Positions 29,436-38,765 of a stretch of 64,000 bases of DNA are shown here, piece after piece. A model generated the notes under the pieces. It ran no database searches and was not told where the DNA came from. It was given only the letters and a program-made list of their open reading frames with translations. The translations under genes were made by a program, and so were the position numbers. The stretch is taken from the NCBI GenBank assembly GCA_964475005.1, contig CAYYUZ010000002.1:9272-73271 (forward strand), in the 5' to 3' direction. Origin of the DNA: an uncultured Spirochaetales bacterium. Lineage in GTDB: Bacteria > Spirochaetota > Spirochaetia > JABEVK01. The stretch's first letter is position 1. Each line of letters begins with the position of its first letter.

Positions 29436-30446
29436 GTGCCCTCACAACAGCAAGTGGCCGCGAGAGCCAACGTGTCATACATGACCGTCTCGCGGGTGGT
29501 CAACAACCATCCCAACGTGAAGAAGGAAACTCGCGAGCTTGTGCTCAAGGCGATCCAGGAGCTAGGATACCATCCCAACGCGTCGGCCCGGGCACTGAAC
29601 GCCCATAAGACCAGCAACATCGGTCTCATCTTTCCGCCCAAAGAGAACGTTTACTCGCGCCCGTTTTATGTGGACCTAGCGATCGAACTCGAAGACCAAC
29701 TGCACCGGCGAGGTTACCACCTGTTCCTCGGAATGACGAGGACTGGAGACCAGTTCCGGGATCCTGCACTTCTGCTCAAGGAACGCAAAGTCGACGGCAT
29801 CATCCTTGTAGCGCCACGTATGGGCGACCTGGAAGTCGAAAGACTTGTGTCCGACGGGTTGCCTCTGGTCCTTTTGCATGGACGCAGCGACACGACGACC
29901 TGCCCCTACGTGGATACCGACAACGTGATGGGAACCCAAATGATCCTCCGCTATTTGATCCAACTTGGACACCGGCGCATCGGGTTCGTTAGCGGCATTA
30001 TGGGTGAGGTGAACGCTCAAGATCGCTACAACGCCTATTGCGACGAACTGAAGTCCGCCGGCCTGGCGTTTGACAACACTCTCGTCTTCCGAGGGGACTG
30101 GTCCATTGAGAGCGGCTACGAGGCGTTTTCGGCAATCCGCAACAGGGCACCAGACGCGACGGCCCTGTTCTATTCGAACGATCAGATGGCGCTGGGCGGG
30201 TTCCGGGCAGCGTATGACAACAATCTCTTCATTCCCGAAGACATCTCGATCAGCGGCTACGATGATACGAAGTACGCCTCGTTCGCGGTTCCAGCGCTAA
30301 CGACGGTTCGGCAACCTCTGTCGGAACTGGCGTCTGCCGCCGTTGAGCTTGTCCTTGAGCGCATCAAGGGGCGCCCGATCCGCAACGTCGTCCTGACTCC
30401 CGAGATCAAAATCCGCTCATCCTGCCGTCGAATCAACCCTCTGTAA
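29436..30446 (+). CDS. LacI family transcriptional regulator
   Basis: N-terminal HTH (VAARANVSYMTVSRVVNNHPNVKKETRELV) and periplasmic-binding-like effector domain. GTG 29436 with GAGAGG RBS. Confidence 0.85.
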   Translation: MPSQQQVAARANVSYMTVSRVVNNHPNVKKETRELVLKAIQELGYHPNASARALNAHKTSNIGLIFPPKENVYSRPFYVDLAIELEDQLHRRGYHLFLGMTRTGDQFRDPALLLKERKVDGIILVAPRMGDLEVERLVSDGLPLVLLHGRSDTTTCPYVDTDNVMGTQMILRYLIQLGHRRIGFVSGIMGEVNAQDRYNAYCDELKSAGLAFDNTLVFRGDWSIESGYEAFSAIRNRAPDATALFYSNDQMALGGFRAAYDNNLFIPEDISISGYDDTKYASFAVPALTTVRQPLSELASAAVELVLERIKGRPIRNVVLTPEIKIRSSCRRINPL

Positions 30447-31995
30447 GGTGGTCCGCCAGCCGTAGAGCCAGGGCAACAATCGTGAGGGTGGGATTGGCGT
30501 AGCCGCTGGTGGGAAACTGCCCGCAACCCGCCGAGTACAGATTGTCGACGGTGTGGAAACGCGAGTCGGAATTGACGATACCTTCTTCGGAAGTCGCGGC
30601 CATGCGCAGAGCTCCCATGTGGTGGTCGCCGGTGGCCAGGGCGTTTTCGGTCCGCCCGAAGGTCCACTGCTCGGCTCCCCCCTCCAGATTGGTGGTGAGT
30701 CGGAACTCCGTGGCGCCGTGACGGCGCAGATAGGCTTCGCCTAAAGCCATGGCCCTCACCGCGGTCCTCTTGTCTTCTTCGGCCAGTCGCCAGTCGAGCC
30801 GGGTGACTGCTTGGTCAAAAACAGGGTCGACTTCACGCTCATCAAGGGTAATGCGGCTGGCTTCGTTGGGAACCTGCTCCCAGTTGATGTTGAGTTCCGC
30901 GCGGTCGCCCTCCGGGTTGAACCTGACAATGATGCGGAAGTTTCCGATCTTTTCTGCGGCCAGGGTTTCGTGCGTCGGGACCAAGACGCCCCACGCGTTG
31001 AAGACGCAATGCTTGAATAGAAGCCGCGGATCGACAAGCGGAGCCGTGTCGTGAACCCAGTCCTGTTGGGCTTCGGGGTTTCTCAGCCGGATCTGCTGGT
31101 CCCTGTAGAAATTTCTTACCTCGGCGGCGACAGGCTGGGCAAACCTGACCTCGGCGACCGTTGTGATGAGAGGATGGACCATGAAGCCCCTTCCCAAATG
31201 GTCTTTTCGGTTGTTGCCCAGGTCGCCCGAAAGCTTGAGAACCCTCACGGTCTCGATACCGCCCAGGGCCAGCACGAATTTCGAAGCCGTGACAGTAAAC
31301 CTGTGCCCTTCCCTCCCCCCTGCGATGCTGGCACAGACAAGGGAAGTGACGTGAGACTTGTCGGGGGAAGCCTCAATCTTGAGGAGACTCGCGTTGAACA
31401 GGACGGTCACATTGGCCGCCGCCTTAAGCGTGTCGCCCGCACGAAGCTGAAAATCGTGGTAACGTTCCTCGTACTGGGCATGAAAGATGGCGACGCCGAG
31501 TTCGTCACCCGGAAGCGTTGGGAAGTTCTTTCCAAACAGGGCCTTTTCCCAGAACGGCAGGTCGTCGAAATTGAATGGCCCGTAGCGGCCCCAATCCATG
31601 GCTTGTTGATAGTACGGGGTCAAAGTCTGTAGAGCAAAGGGCCAGGAGGCGGCGCGGTAGCCCGGCCGCGGAAGAAAGTCGGCCTCGTCGAGGGGCCTCG
31701 ACCAGAAGCCAAAGTGGTTGGTTGTCCCGCCGAACATATGCAGGCGAGATCTCCTCAGAAAGAGAGGGTCGACCTTTTCGAGGAAGGGGCCTCGGGTGCC
31801 ACCGTAGATCTTTTGGCGAAAACTGGGAGGAAGTCCTTTCTCGTCGGGAAGGCCGGCGGCGAGCACGAGAACTTTCTTGCCGCTCCCCGCCAAACGCCGC
31901 GCCAAGACCAGCCCCGCCGCGCCGGCGCCCACAATGCAGATGTCGTATTCGCGTACAAGAGTTCCGCGGGGAATGTCTTCACTGGAGAGGTACAT
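30433..31995 (-). CDS. GMC family FAD-dependent oxidoreductase
   Basis: N-terminal Rossmann fold DICIVGAGAAGLVLARRL, 520 aa, C-terminal GMC region (HHMGALRMA...). Confidence 0.8.
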   Translation of the reverse strand: MYLSSEDIPRGTLVREYDICIVGAGAAGLVLARRLAGSGKKVLVLAAGLPDEKGLPPSFRQKIYGGTRGPFLEKVDPLFLRRSRLHMFGGTTNHFGFWSRPLDEADFLPRPGYRAASWPFALQTLTPYYQQAMDWGRYGPFNFDDLPFWEKALFGKNFPTLPGDELGVAIFHAQYEERYHDFQLRAGDTLKAAANVTVLFNASLLKIEASPDKSHVTSLVCASIAGGREGHRFTVTASKFVLALGGIETVRVLKLSGDLGNNRKDHLGRGFMVHPLITTVAEVRFAQPVAAEVRNFYRDQQIRLRNPEAQQDWVHDTAPLVDPRLLFKHCVFNAWGVLVPTHETLAAEKIGNFRIIVRFNPEGDRAELNINWEQVPNEASRITLDEREVDPVFDQAVTRLDWRLAEEDKRTAVRAMALGEAYLRRHGATEFRLTTNLEGGAEQWTFGRTENALATGDHHMGALRMAATSEEGIVNSDSRFHTVDNLYSAGCGQFPTSGYANPTLTIVALALRLADHLTEG

Positions 31996-32017
31996 GCCTC
32001 ATGGTATACTAGGAACC

Positions 32018-32848
32018 ATGGCAGAATCCCCCTCTTCACGGGCGGAAATCACCGCGAGTTTTCTGGCCGCTATTCGTCCACAGGCCGTCGAGGTCAGGTT
32101 CTGCGAGCGTTTTGACGGTCAAAGCCGAATCTGGAACTTCGAGAACCACTCCCACGGGGTGTTTGAGTTCCTCTATTTTCTTGATGGAGGAGCCATGATC
32201 CGCGCCGGCGAGGCAGAGCTGGAGGCCGGGCTCTTCGACCTGGTCGTCTACCCACCGGGCGTGGTCCACGAGGAAAAGCTTGTCGAAGGGTTCCGTAATG
32301 AAGTCTTTTGCTTCTGGCTCGATTTGGGTGAGGTTCCCCGGTTCCCTTGGGGGATCAAGGTGCGCGATTCCACCGGAGAGATTCGCGTGCTGATCGAGGC
32401 CATCTATCAGGAGGCGGTTTCGCGCCGGCCCCTCGGCCCCGAGATGATCACAACCTATGTACAGGGACTGCTGGTATTGGCCCGGCGCTGGTTTGCCGAG
32501 CCCAACAGAGAGGACGGAGGCCTGGTTGGCCGATGCCTGAGCTACATTCACGAGCACTACACCGAGGACTTCGCCATTGAAACGATGGCCAAGGCCGTGG
32601 CGGTGAGCCCCTCCTACCTGTTCCGTTCGTTCAAGAAGAAGATGAACCAGACCCCCATGCACTTTCGCAACACCGTCAGGATTGAGAAGTCCAAACTCCT
32701 GTTGTGCCAAAGCAACCGCCGGATCGAACTGGTGGCCCTCGATCTAGGGTTCGCCGACGTGAAGTATTTCTCGTCGCTGTTCCGCCAGATCACCGGGCAG
32801 ACTCCCGGAACGTTTCGAAAGCTCAACCGGCACCCGGCGTTGCAGTAG
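32018..32848 (+). CDS. AraC family transcriptional regulator (cupin plus HTH)
   Basis: Cupin-like N-terminus (HSHGVFEFLYFLDGG) and AraC HTH C-terminus (SPSYLFRSFKKKMNQTPMHFR). ATG 32018; ATG 31994 would overlap the GMC start. Confidence 0.75.
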   Translation: MAESPSSRAEITASFLAAIRPQAVEVRFCERFDGQSRIWNFENHSHGVFEFLYFLDGGAMIRAGEAELEAGLFDLVVYPPGVVHEEKLVEGFRNEVFCFWLDLGEVPRFPWGIKVRDSTGEIRVLIEAIYQEAVSRRPLGPEMITTYVQGLLVLARRWFAEPNREDGGLVGRCLSYIHEHYTEDFAIETMAKAVAVSPSYLFRSFKKKMNQTPMHFRNTVRIEKSKLLLCQSNRRIELVALDLGFADVKYFSSLFRQITGQTPGTFRKLNRHPALQ

Positions 32849-32923
32849 ACAGTTCACTTTTGTCTACCTTCGCGTCATTCCACGGAGTTTCTATTTGGGG
32901 ACAGTGGAACTAGGCTAATAGAT

Positions 32924-35308
32924 ATGAAGAGTCTTCCTGTTTTCTTCATCCCGGAACCTTCCCTCAGAATTGCGTCGCTCAAGGCCAAACTCCAAGCCGA
33001 GCCACGGTACCTGTCGATTGAGCAAGCTCTCCTTGTCACCAAGACCTACAAGGCCCACGAAGGGGCTTCTGTCGCCAAGAAAAGGGCGCTCTCGCTGGCG
33101 CTGTCCCTCAGGGAGATTGGTATCGCCCTCGACATTGACGAACTGATCGTGGGCAATCGGACCGCGGGAATCCGGGCAGGGGTTGTTTTCCCCGAAGCGG
33201 GCATATCTTGGATCGACAAGGAGCTCGAGAGTCTGCCGACCCGCCCTCAGGACAGGTTCCTGGTTAGGCCCGACGACGCCCAGAAATTTCGCAAGGTCAT
33301 TTTGCCGTACTGGAAAGGAAAGACTCTTGAAGACACCATCAGGGAGGAGGCGGGCGACGTCGTCGATGCCATCGGCCGGGTGGTGAAGATCAATCAGAAG
33401 GACCACGCCCAAGGCCACATTTGCCCCGATACCGCGTTGTGGATCAAGGTGGGCGCTGCGGGTCTTCAACAGGACGCGCACAAGCGCTTGGATCAAGAGG
33501 CAGACCCAAGGAAGAAAGAGTTTTACGAGAGTGTTGTCATCGTCTTGTCGGCGGCAAGGGATTTCATGGTTCGCTATGCGGTGCAAGCCGAGGCCATGCT
33601 TCACACCGCCGGGGCCGACCAGCGCAGCAACCTGGCCGAGATCGCCCGGATCTGCCGAAAACTGGCCGGTCCAGCGGGAACCTGCGGGGCCGAGACCTTC
33701 CGCGAGGCCCTTCAGGCCCTGTGGTTTCTGTTTGTCATCCTCCATTTAGAAAGCAACGCTTCGTCGTTCTCGCCGGGTCGAGCCGACCAGTACTTGCTTC
33801 CCTACTTTCGCGCCGACCGCACGGCGGGCCGCTTGAGTGAGGCCGATGCGCTGGAACTGGTCGAGGCTCTCTGGTTGAAATTCAACCAGATCGTCTACCT
33901 GCGAAACGCTCACAGCGCCGCGTTTTTTGCCGGGTTTCCGATCGGATTTAACGTGGCCATCGGTGGCCGAAACCCCGATGCCTCTGATGCGGCGAACGAG
34001 CTTTCGTATCTGTTTCTTCAAGCGCAAGGAGCCCTGGGGCTTCCCCAACCCAACCTTTCGGCGAGACTCCACGAACGCTCGCCCCAGGAATTCCTCGACG
34101 CGTGCTCCACGGTGATCGGACGGGGCAGCGGCATGCCCCAAGTCTTCAATGATGAGAGCATCGTACCCGCGCTGACGGTGCAGGGTATTTCAAAAGCCGA
34201 TGCCGAAAACTACGCCATCGTCGGGTGCGTGGAACTGACCACTCACGGCAACAATCTTGGGTGGAGCGACGCGGCCATGTTCAACCTGCCCAAGGCCCTT
34301 GAGCTGGCCCTCAACGATGGAGTCGACCTGATTTCCGGACAAAGGCTGTCGCCGGGAACCGGCACTTTGGCCGACTATGCCACCTTCCTCGACGTCGAAA
34401 ACGCCTTTCGCGTTCAGATCGACTATTTCTTTGAAAAGATGATCGAGGCGTGCGAAAAAGTGGAATCGGCGCACCAAAGGCTCATGCCCACCGCCTTCCT
34501 TTCATCGGTCATCGGGGACTGTCTGGAAAGTGGGCTCGACGTGGTCGCCGGTGGGGCGCACTACAACCTTTCCGGTATCCAGGTGATCCAGCCGGCCAAC
34601 ATCGCCGATTCTCTGGCGGCGCTCAAGTCATTGGTCTACGACCGGCACGAAATTGACAGAGGCTTCGTATTGGATGCCCTCAGAAACAACTTTCACGACA
34701 ACGAGAGCCTTCAAAAGGTCCTCCTCGAGGAAGCCCCCAAGTACGGAAACGATGTGGAGTGGGTCGACGGGCTCGCGAACGTCTGGATCACCTACTTTGC
34801 TAAAAAGTTCGAAGGCCGTTCAAACTTTCGGGGCGGCCGCTACCACACGGGAATGTACACGGTGAGCGCCCACGTACCGATGGGGGCCAACGTCGGCGCC
34901 TCGCCCGACGGCAGGCTGGCCAAGACTCCTCTGGCTGACGGAGGGATGTCGGCCGTCTACGGCCGGGACCGCAAGGGACCGACCGCCGTTCTCAAATCGG
35001 TGTCTCGGATCAATTCCGCTCTCGGGAGCAACGGCACCCTGCTCAACCTGAAGTTCCTCCCGCAGTTCTTCTCGACACAAGAGGGAATCCGCAAGTTCTC
35101 AAGCCTGCTCAAGGCCTTCGTCAGACTTCGCATCAACCACGCGCAGTTCAACGTGGTTCGCAAGGAGGACCTCCTTGACGCGCAAAAACACCCAGAAAAC
35201 TATAGGTCGCTAACGATCCGGGTGGCCGGCTACACGGCCTACTTCACCGAGTTGGCCACGGATCTCCAGAATGAAATCATCGCCCGAACTTCGTATGACG
35301 ATCTTTGA
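32924..35308 (+). CDS. glycyl radical enzyme, PFL2/dehydratase-eliminase clade (794 aa)
   Basis: C-terminal glycine-radical motif RVAGYTAYFTEL. Single active-site Cys followed by Glu (AIVGCVELTTHG), as in glycerol dehydratase, CutC, HypD and IslA-type eliminases. Confidence 0.9.
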   Translation: MKSLPVFFIPEPSLRIASLKAKLQAEPRYLSIEQALLVTKTYKAHEGASVAKKRALSLALSLREIGIALDIDELIVGNRTAGIRAGVVFPEAGISWIDKELESLPTRPQDRFLVRPDDAQKFRKVILPYWKGKTLEDTIREEAGDVVDAIGRVVKINQKDHAQGHICPDTALWIKVGAAGLQQDAHKRLDQEADPRKKEFYESVVIVLSAARDFMVRYAVQAEAMLHTAGADQRSNLAEIARICRKLAGPAGTCGAETFREALQALWFLFVILHLESNASSFSPGRADQYLLPYFRADRTAGRLSEADALELVEALWLKFNQIVYLRNAHSAAFFAGFPIGFNVAIGGRNPDASDAANELSYLFLQAQGALGLPQPNLSARLHERSPQEFLDACSTVIGRGSGMPQVFNDESIVPALTVQGISKADAENYAIVGCVELTTHGNNLGWSDAAMFNLPKALELALNDGVDLISGQRLSPGTGTLADYATFLDVENAFRVQIDYFFEKMIEACEKVESAHQRLMPTAFLSSVIGDCLESGLDVVAGGAHYNLSGIQVIQPANIADSLAALKSLVYDRHEIDRGFVLDALRNNFHDNESLQKVLLEEAPKYGNDVEWVDGLANVWITYFAKKFEGRSNFRGGRYHTGMYTVSAHVPMGANVGASPDGRLAKTPLADGGMSAVYGRDRKGPTAVLKSVSRINSALGSNGTLLNLKFLPQFFSTQEGIRKFSSLLKAFVRLRINHAQFNVVRKEDLLDAQKHPENYRSLTIRVAGYTAYFTELATDLQNEIIARTSYDDL

Positions 35309-36071
35309 CGTTCAGCGCTTCTCGGTCCACGACGGACCGGGAATTCGCACGACGGCGTTTTTGAAGGGATGTCTGCTGAGGTGTGTGTGGTGCCAGAATC
35401 CTGAGGGGCTCAAGTTCGGCACAGGCGATCCGATGCACTCAAGCAAAGTCCGCGAAGTCACCCCAGCGGCCTTGGCCGAAGAACTGCTTGCCGACCGCGT
35501 GTTCTTCGAGACCTCGGGAGGAGGCGTCACGTTCTCAGGAGGCGAGCCGCTGGCGCAGGCCGAAGGTTTGGTTGAAACGGCCAGAATTCTACGCTCGCAA
35601 GGAATTCACGTCGCGGTTGAAACGTCGCTGGAGGTTCCTCTGGAGCGGCTCCAACGGGTTTTGGACGAGGTGGATTTGGTCCTGGCCGACCTCAAGGTTG
35701 CCGATCCAGAAGATCACAAGAAGTGGACCGGACGCGGAAATGAGAGGATTCTGGGGAACTTCCAGGCGCTGGCGAAGTATTCAGCAAAGCACGGACATCC
35801 TCAAATCGTCGTCCGCACGCCTCTGGTTCCGGGGCATACGGCCACCAAGGCCAACCTGACCAAACTCCGCGAGTTTCTGGCCTCTTGGGGACCTGTTTCT
35901 TGGGAACTTCTGGATTTCAACCCATTGGCCAAAGCCAAGTACCGGGCCCTCGGCCGCTCCGACTACCCTTTCGACCACCTCAGCACAGGCTTGACGCACG
36001 AAGAACGCTGCCAATTGAACGAGGCGGCCGGACTGATCGAATCACCGCCTAAGGAGACCTCCACCTCATGA
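35295..36071 (+). CDS. glycyl radical enzyme activating enzyme (radical SAM), compact form
   Basis: CLLRCVWCQNPE (CX3CX2C) near the N-terminus and FDVQRFSVHDGPGIRT. Only about 40 residues to the GGGVTFSGGEP motif, so no ferredoxin-like insertion. Overlaps the GRE stop by 14 nt. Confidence 0.9.
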   Translation: MTIFDVQRFSVHDGPGIRTTAFLKGCLLRCVWCQNPEGLKFGTGDPMHSSKVREVTPAALAEELLADRVFFETSGGGVTFSGGEPLAQAEGLVETARILRSQGIHVAVETSLEVPLERLQRVLDEVDLVLADLKVADPEDHKKWTGRGNERILGNFQALAKYSAKHGHPQIVVRTPLVPGHTATKANLTKLREFLASWGPVSWELLDFNPLAKAKYRALGRSDYPFDHLSTGLTHEERCQLNEAAGLIESPPKETSTS

Positions 36072-37912
36072 TTTCGAGTATCGAGTCGTTCTTGACACGA
36101 GCCAAAGCGGGTAGCCCGGTCTTCATCACCGAAGTCCGGCGAACCTTCGAAGCACTTCCGCGGGATCAGAGGTTTCGTCTGGGCGTCAACTTGACCCTGC
36201 CGGACCGCACGGTGCGCTGTTTTAGGATCACGCTACCAACGTTTGCCGTCGACAGCCAGCCGGATCCGCAGCGGCTCTTTGCCGAAGAGTACTTTCTTTC
36301 CGAAATGTACAACCGGATCTCGGCTCTGGGGGCCAGAGACCTCGAGTTTCGGACCGAGGAGGGACTGCCCGAAGCGGTTTGGCTGCACCAACGCTTTGAA
36401 GCCGCCTTCGGTCTGGCACAGAGGCGAAAGGCCCGACGGGGCTACGGCCGCGCCGTCAACGTTGTCGAGCGGATGATCGATTCTTTGGAACACACAACCA
36501 ATTCACGAATGTCGTGCCGGTTCACCCTCGGTCGTTTGGAGGAGGTTACTCAGGTGTCCCGTGCGCACAGTGGTGGAGTTCTCGCTCTGGCCGACCGAGC
36601 GCTGCGAGGGGTGGCACGACGCACCCTTTTAGGCATCGATGTGGGCGGAAGCGACATCAAACTGGCGTTGTCGATCGACGGCAGGCTGGCCGGCCTCAAG
36701 GAATACGACTGGTTCCCCGCTCAATTCACTCGCATCGCCTCGTTGACCGACCCCATCGAAGCTCTGGTAAGGCTCATGGCCTGGAAGGCTGTCGCATTGG
36801 GTGCCGCTGATGGAAGACCCGACCCAGCCCTCGATGCGGTTCTAGACCCGGCCTTTGCACTCAAAGCGGACAACGCCACCCTGAATCGAGTCTTGGAACT
36901 GGCCGCACCGCTTGTAGAAAGCCGCGACACAGCGTTCAAGCTCGACGGCATTGGACTCTCGTTTCCCGATGTCGTGGTCAAAGACAAGATTGTCGGCGGC
37001 GAGGTCTACAAGACCCGCGGCATCCGCGACAACCCTTCACTCGACTACGAGGCCGAGTTCCGCTCCCTGACCGAACTTGACACGCGTTTGCGGCGGTTGG
37101 TGAAGGACGGGGCCCCAGTGGTCACGGTGAACGACGGACCGATGGCCGCCTTCACGGCGCTGGTCGAAGGAAGTCTTGCCGATCCGAGCGGCGTCGAGGA
37201 CGGCATTTTTGCCCATACTCTCGGAACCGAACTCGGTACCGGCTGGGTGACCGAAAACGGCAAGATTCCTGACATCCCCCTCGAGGTCTACAACTTCATC
37301 ATCGACCTGGGCTCGTACCCCGAAAGGGAGTTCGACTGCGATGATCCCCGGAGTGTGAAGAACTTCAACACCGACCTTCCGGGCACCCTGCAGAAGTACA
37401 CAAGCCAGAGCGGCGCGTTCCGCCTGGCTCTCAAGCATTTCCCTGTCGAGCGTCCGGACTTGCTGAGAGAAATCTTCAAGAAAGGCTTCGTTGTGCCTGG
37501 TCCCGGTGACACTCTGCGAATTCCCTCGGAACCTCAAGATCAGCGCAAGCCGTTCCTCGAATACCTGATGGCCCTTCCTGATCGTGACGGGCAGGCTTCA
37601 GTGAACCGGATCTTTCGTGAGATCGGTGAGTTCCTCGCGGTAGCCACAGAGGAATGCAACCAGATTTTGCAACCCGCGGCTTCGCCTCGCATCCTTTTTG
37701 GACGCATGGTCAAGAACCCCTCGTGTTTTCGCTTGATGCGGGAGGGGGCGCAGTCGTTCGATCCGAAGATCACCCTCGGTCAGGCGGCCGACGACATGGC
37801 GATGTCAAAACTGATGCGCGAATTGAAGGAGGACCCCCGTCACACTGTGGCTCAATTCGCCCAGGCCGTTGGCGCGGTTCACTACGTTGCCAGCCGTTTT
37901 CAAGGCGCGTGA
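36068..37912 (+). CDS. uncharacterised ASKHA-superfamily (sugar-kinase/HgdC/ROK-like fold) protein with about 200-aa N-terminal extension
   Basis: Phosphate-1-like GIDVGGSDIKLAL near residue 215 and glycine-rich FAHTLGTELGTGWV later. ATGA overlap with the activase stop. Confidence 0.6.
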   Translation: MISSIESFLTRAKAGSPVFITEVRRTFEALPRDQRFRLGVNLTLPDRTVRCFRITLPTFAVDSQPDPQRLFAEEYFLSEMYNRISALGARDLEFRTEEGLPEAVWLHQRFEAAFGLAQRRKARRGYGRAVNVVERMIDSLEHTTNSRMSCRFTLGRLEEVTQVSRAHSGGVLALADRALRGVARRTLLGIDVGGSDIKLALSIDGRLAGLKEYDWFPAQFTRIASLTDPIEALVRLMAWKAVALGAADGRPDPALDAVLDPAFALKADNATLNRVLELAAPLVESRDTAFKLDGIGLSFPDVVVKDKIVGGEVYKTRGIRDNPSLDYEAEFRSLTELDTRLRRLVKDGAPVVTVNDGPMAAFTALVEGSLADPSGVEDGIFAHTLGTELGTGWVTENGKIPDIPLEVYNFIIDLGSYPEREFDCDDPRSVKNFNTDLPGTLQKYTSQSGAFRLALKHFPVERPDLLREIFKKGFVVPGPGDTLRIPSEPQDQRKPFLEYLMALPDRDGQASVNRIFREIGEFLAVATEECNQILQPAASPRILFGRMVKNPSCFRLMREGAQSFDPKITLGQAADDMAMSKLMRELKEDPRHTVAQFAQAVGAVHYVASRFQGA

Positions 37913-37965
37913 TCGTACACAGGGGTTGATCTCAGCGGTTCTTCCGGAGTTTAATCGCTTCGATC

Positions 37966-38706
37966 ATGACCAAGCGCCTTGACCAAATTCTGAAGATCCT
38001 CTCAGAACAGCACAAAGTCTCGGTGATTGAACTTTCGGAAGACCTGAAGGTTTCTCCGGCCACCATTCGACAAGATTTGACAGTGCTTGAGCAGGAAGGC
38101 CTACTTGTCCGCAACCATGGCGGGGCCGAGCTCAGGGAATCGGACGATCTGGCCCATCGCATGGCGATCAACTACGAAGACAAACTGAAGATCGCCCACA
38201 AGGCGGTAGAACTTGTCGATGAAGGCGATACAATCTTTGTCGAGTCCGGGTCAACCAACGCAATCTTCGTGAAGGAGCTGACGGCCGCCAAGCGGGTGAC
38301 CATCATCACGTCCAACGCCTTCATCGCCCGCAAGGTCGACCAATCCAGGGGTGGAAGCGTGATCTTGATCGGCGGCGTCTTTCAGAGGGAAAGCGAAAGC
38401 ATCGTCGGCAATATGGCCAAGGACAACATCGACCAGGTCAACTTTAACCGGGCCTTTTTGGGAGTCGACGGGTTCACCCCCGAAACCGGGTTCACCGGCC
38501 GCGACATGATGCGCGCCGAGATCGTCAACTACATCGTTTCCAAGGCCCGCGAAGTCATCATCCTCACCGATTCTTCGAAGTTCGGGCAAATCCACCTGTC
38601 TCGCTGTTGCCGGCTCGAAGACGTCGACCGCATCATCACCGACGGCCGCCTCTCGGAAAAGTACCGGGAGTTGGTGTCGGCAAAAGTTGACTTGATGCTG
38701 GTGTAG
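37966..38706 (+). CDS. DeoR family transcriptional regulator
   Basis: N-terminal DeoR HTH (RLDQILKILSEQHKVSVIELSEDLKVSPATIRQDLTVLE) and C-terminal sugar-phosphate-binding domain. Confidence 0.85.
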   Translation: MTKRLDQILKILSEQHKVSVIELSEDLKVSPATIRQDLTVLEQEGLLVRNHGGAELRESDDLAHRMAINYEDKLKIAHKAVELVDEGDTIFVESGSTNAIFVKELTAAKRVTIITSNAFIARKVDQSRGGSVILIGGVFQRESESIVGNMAKDNIDQVNFNRAFLGVDGFTPETGFTGRDMMRAEIVNYIVSKAREVIILTDSSKFGQIHLSRCCRLEDVDRIITDGRLSEKYRELVSAKVDLMLV

Positions 38707-38765
38707 CTCTACAAGAACTTGCCGGATTGGAATGGTGAGCTCATACTGGGGTCAGGAGACTGAAT

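Noticed and set aside
36068-37912. Calling the 614-aa protein an HgdC/BcrAD-type electron-transfer activase
   Set aside because: The ASKHA phosphate motif is present, but I cannot see the C-terminal cluster-bridging cysteine pattern, and the protein is more than twice the usual length. Left as an uncharacterised ASKHA-fold protein.
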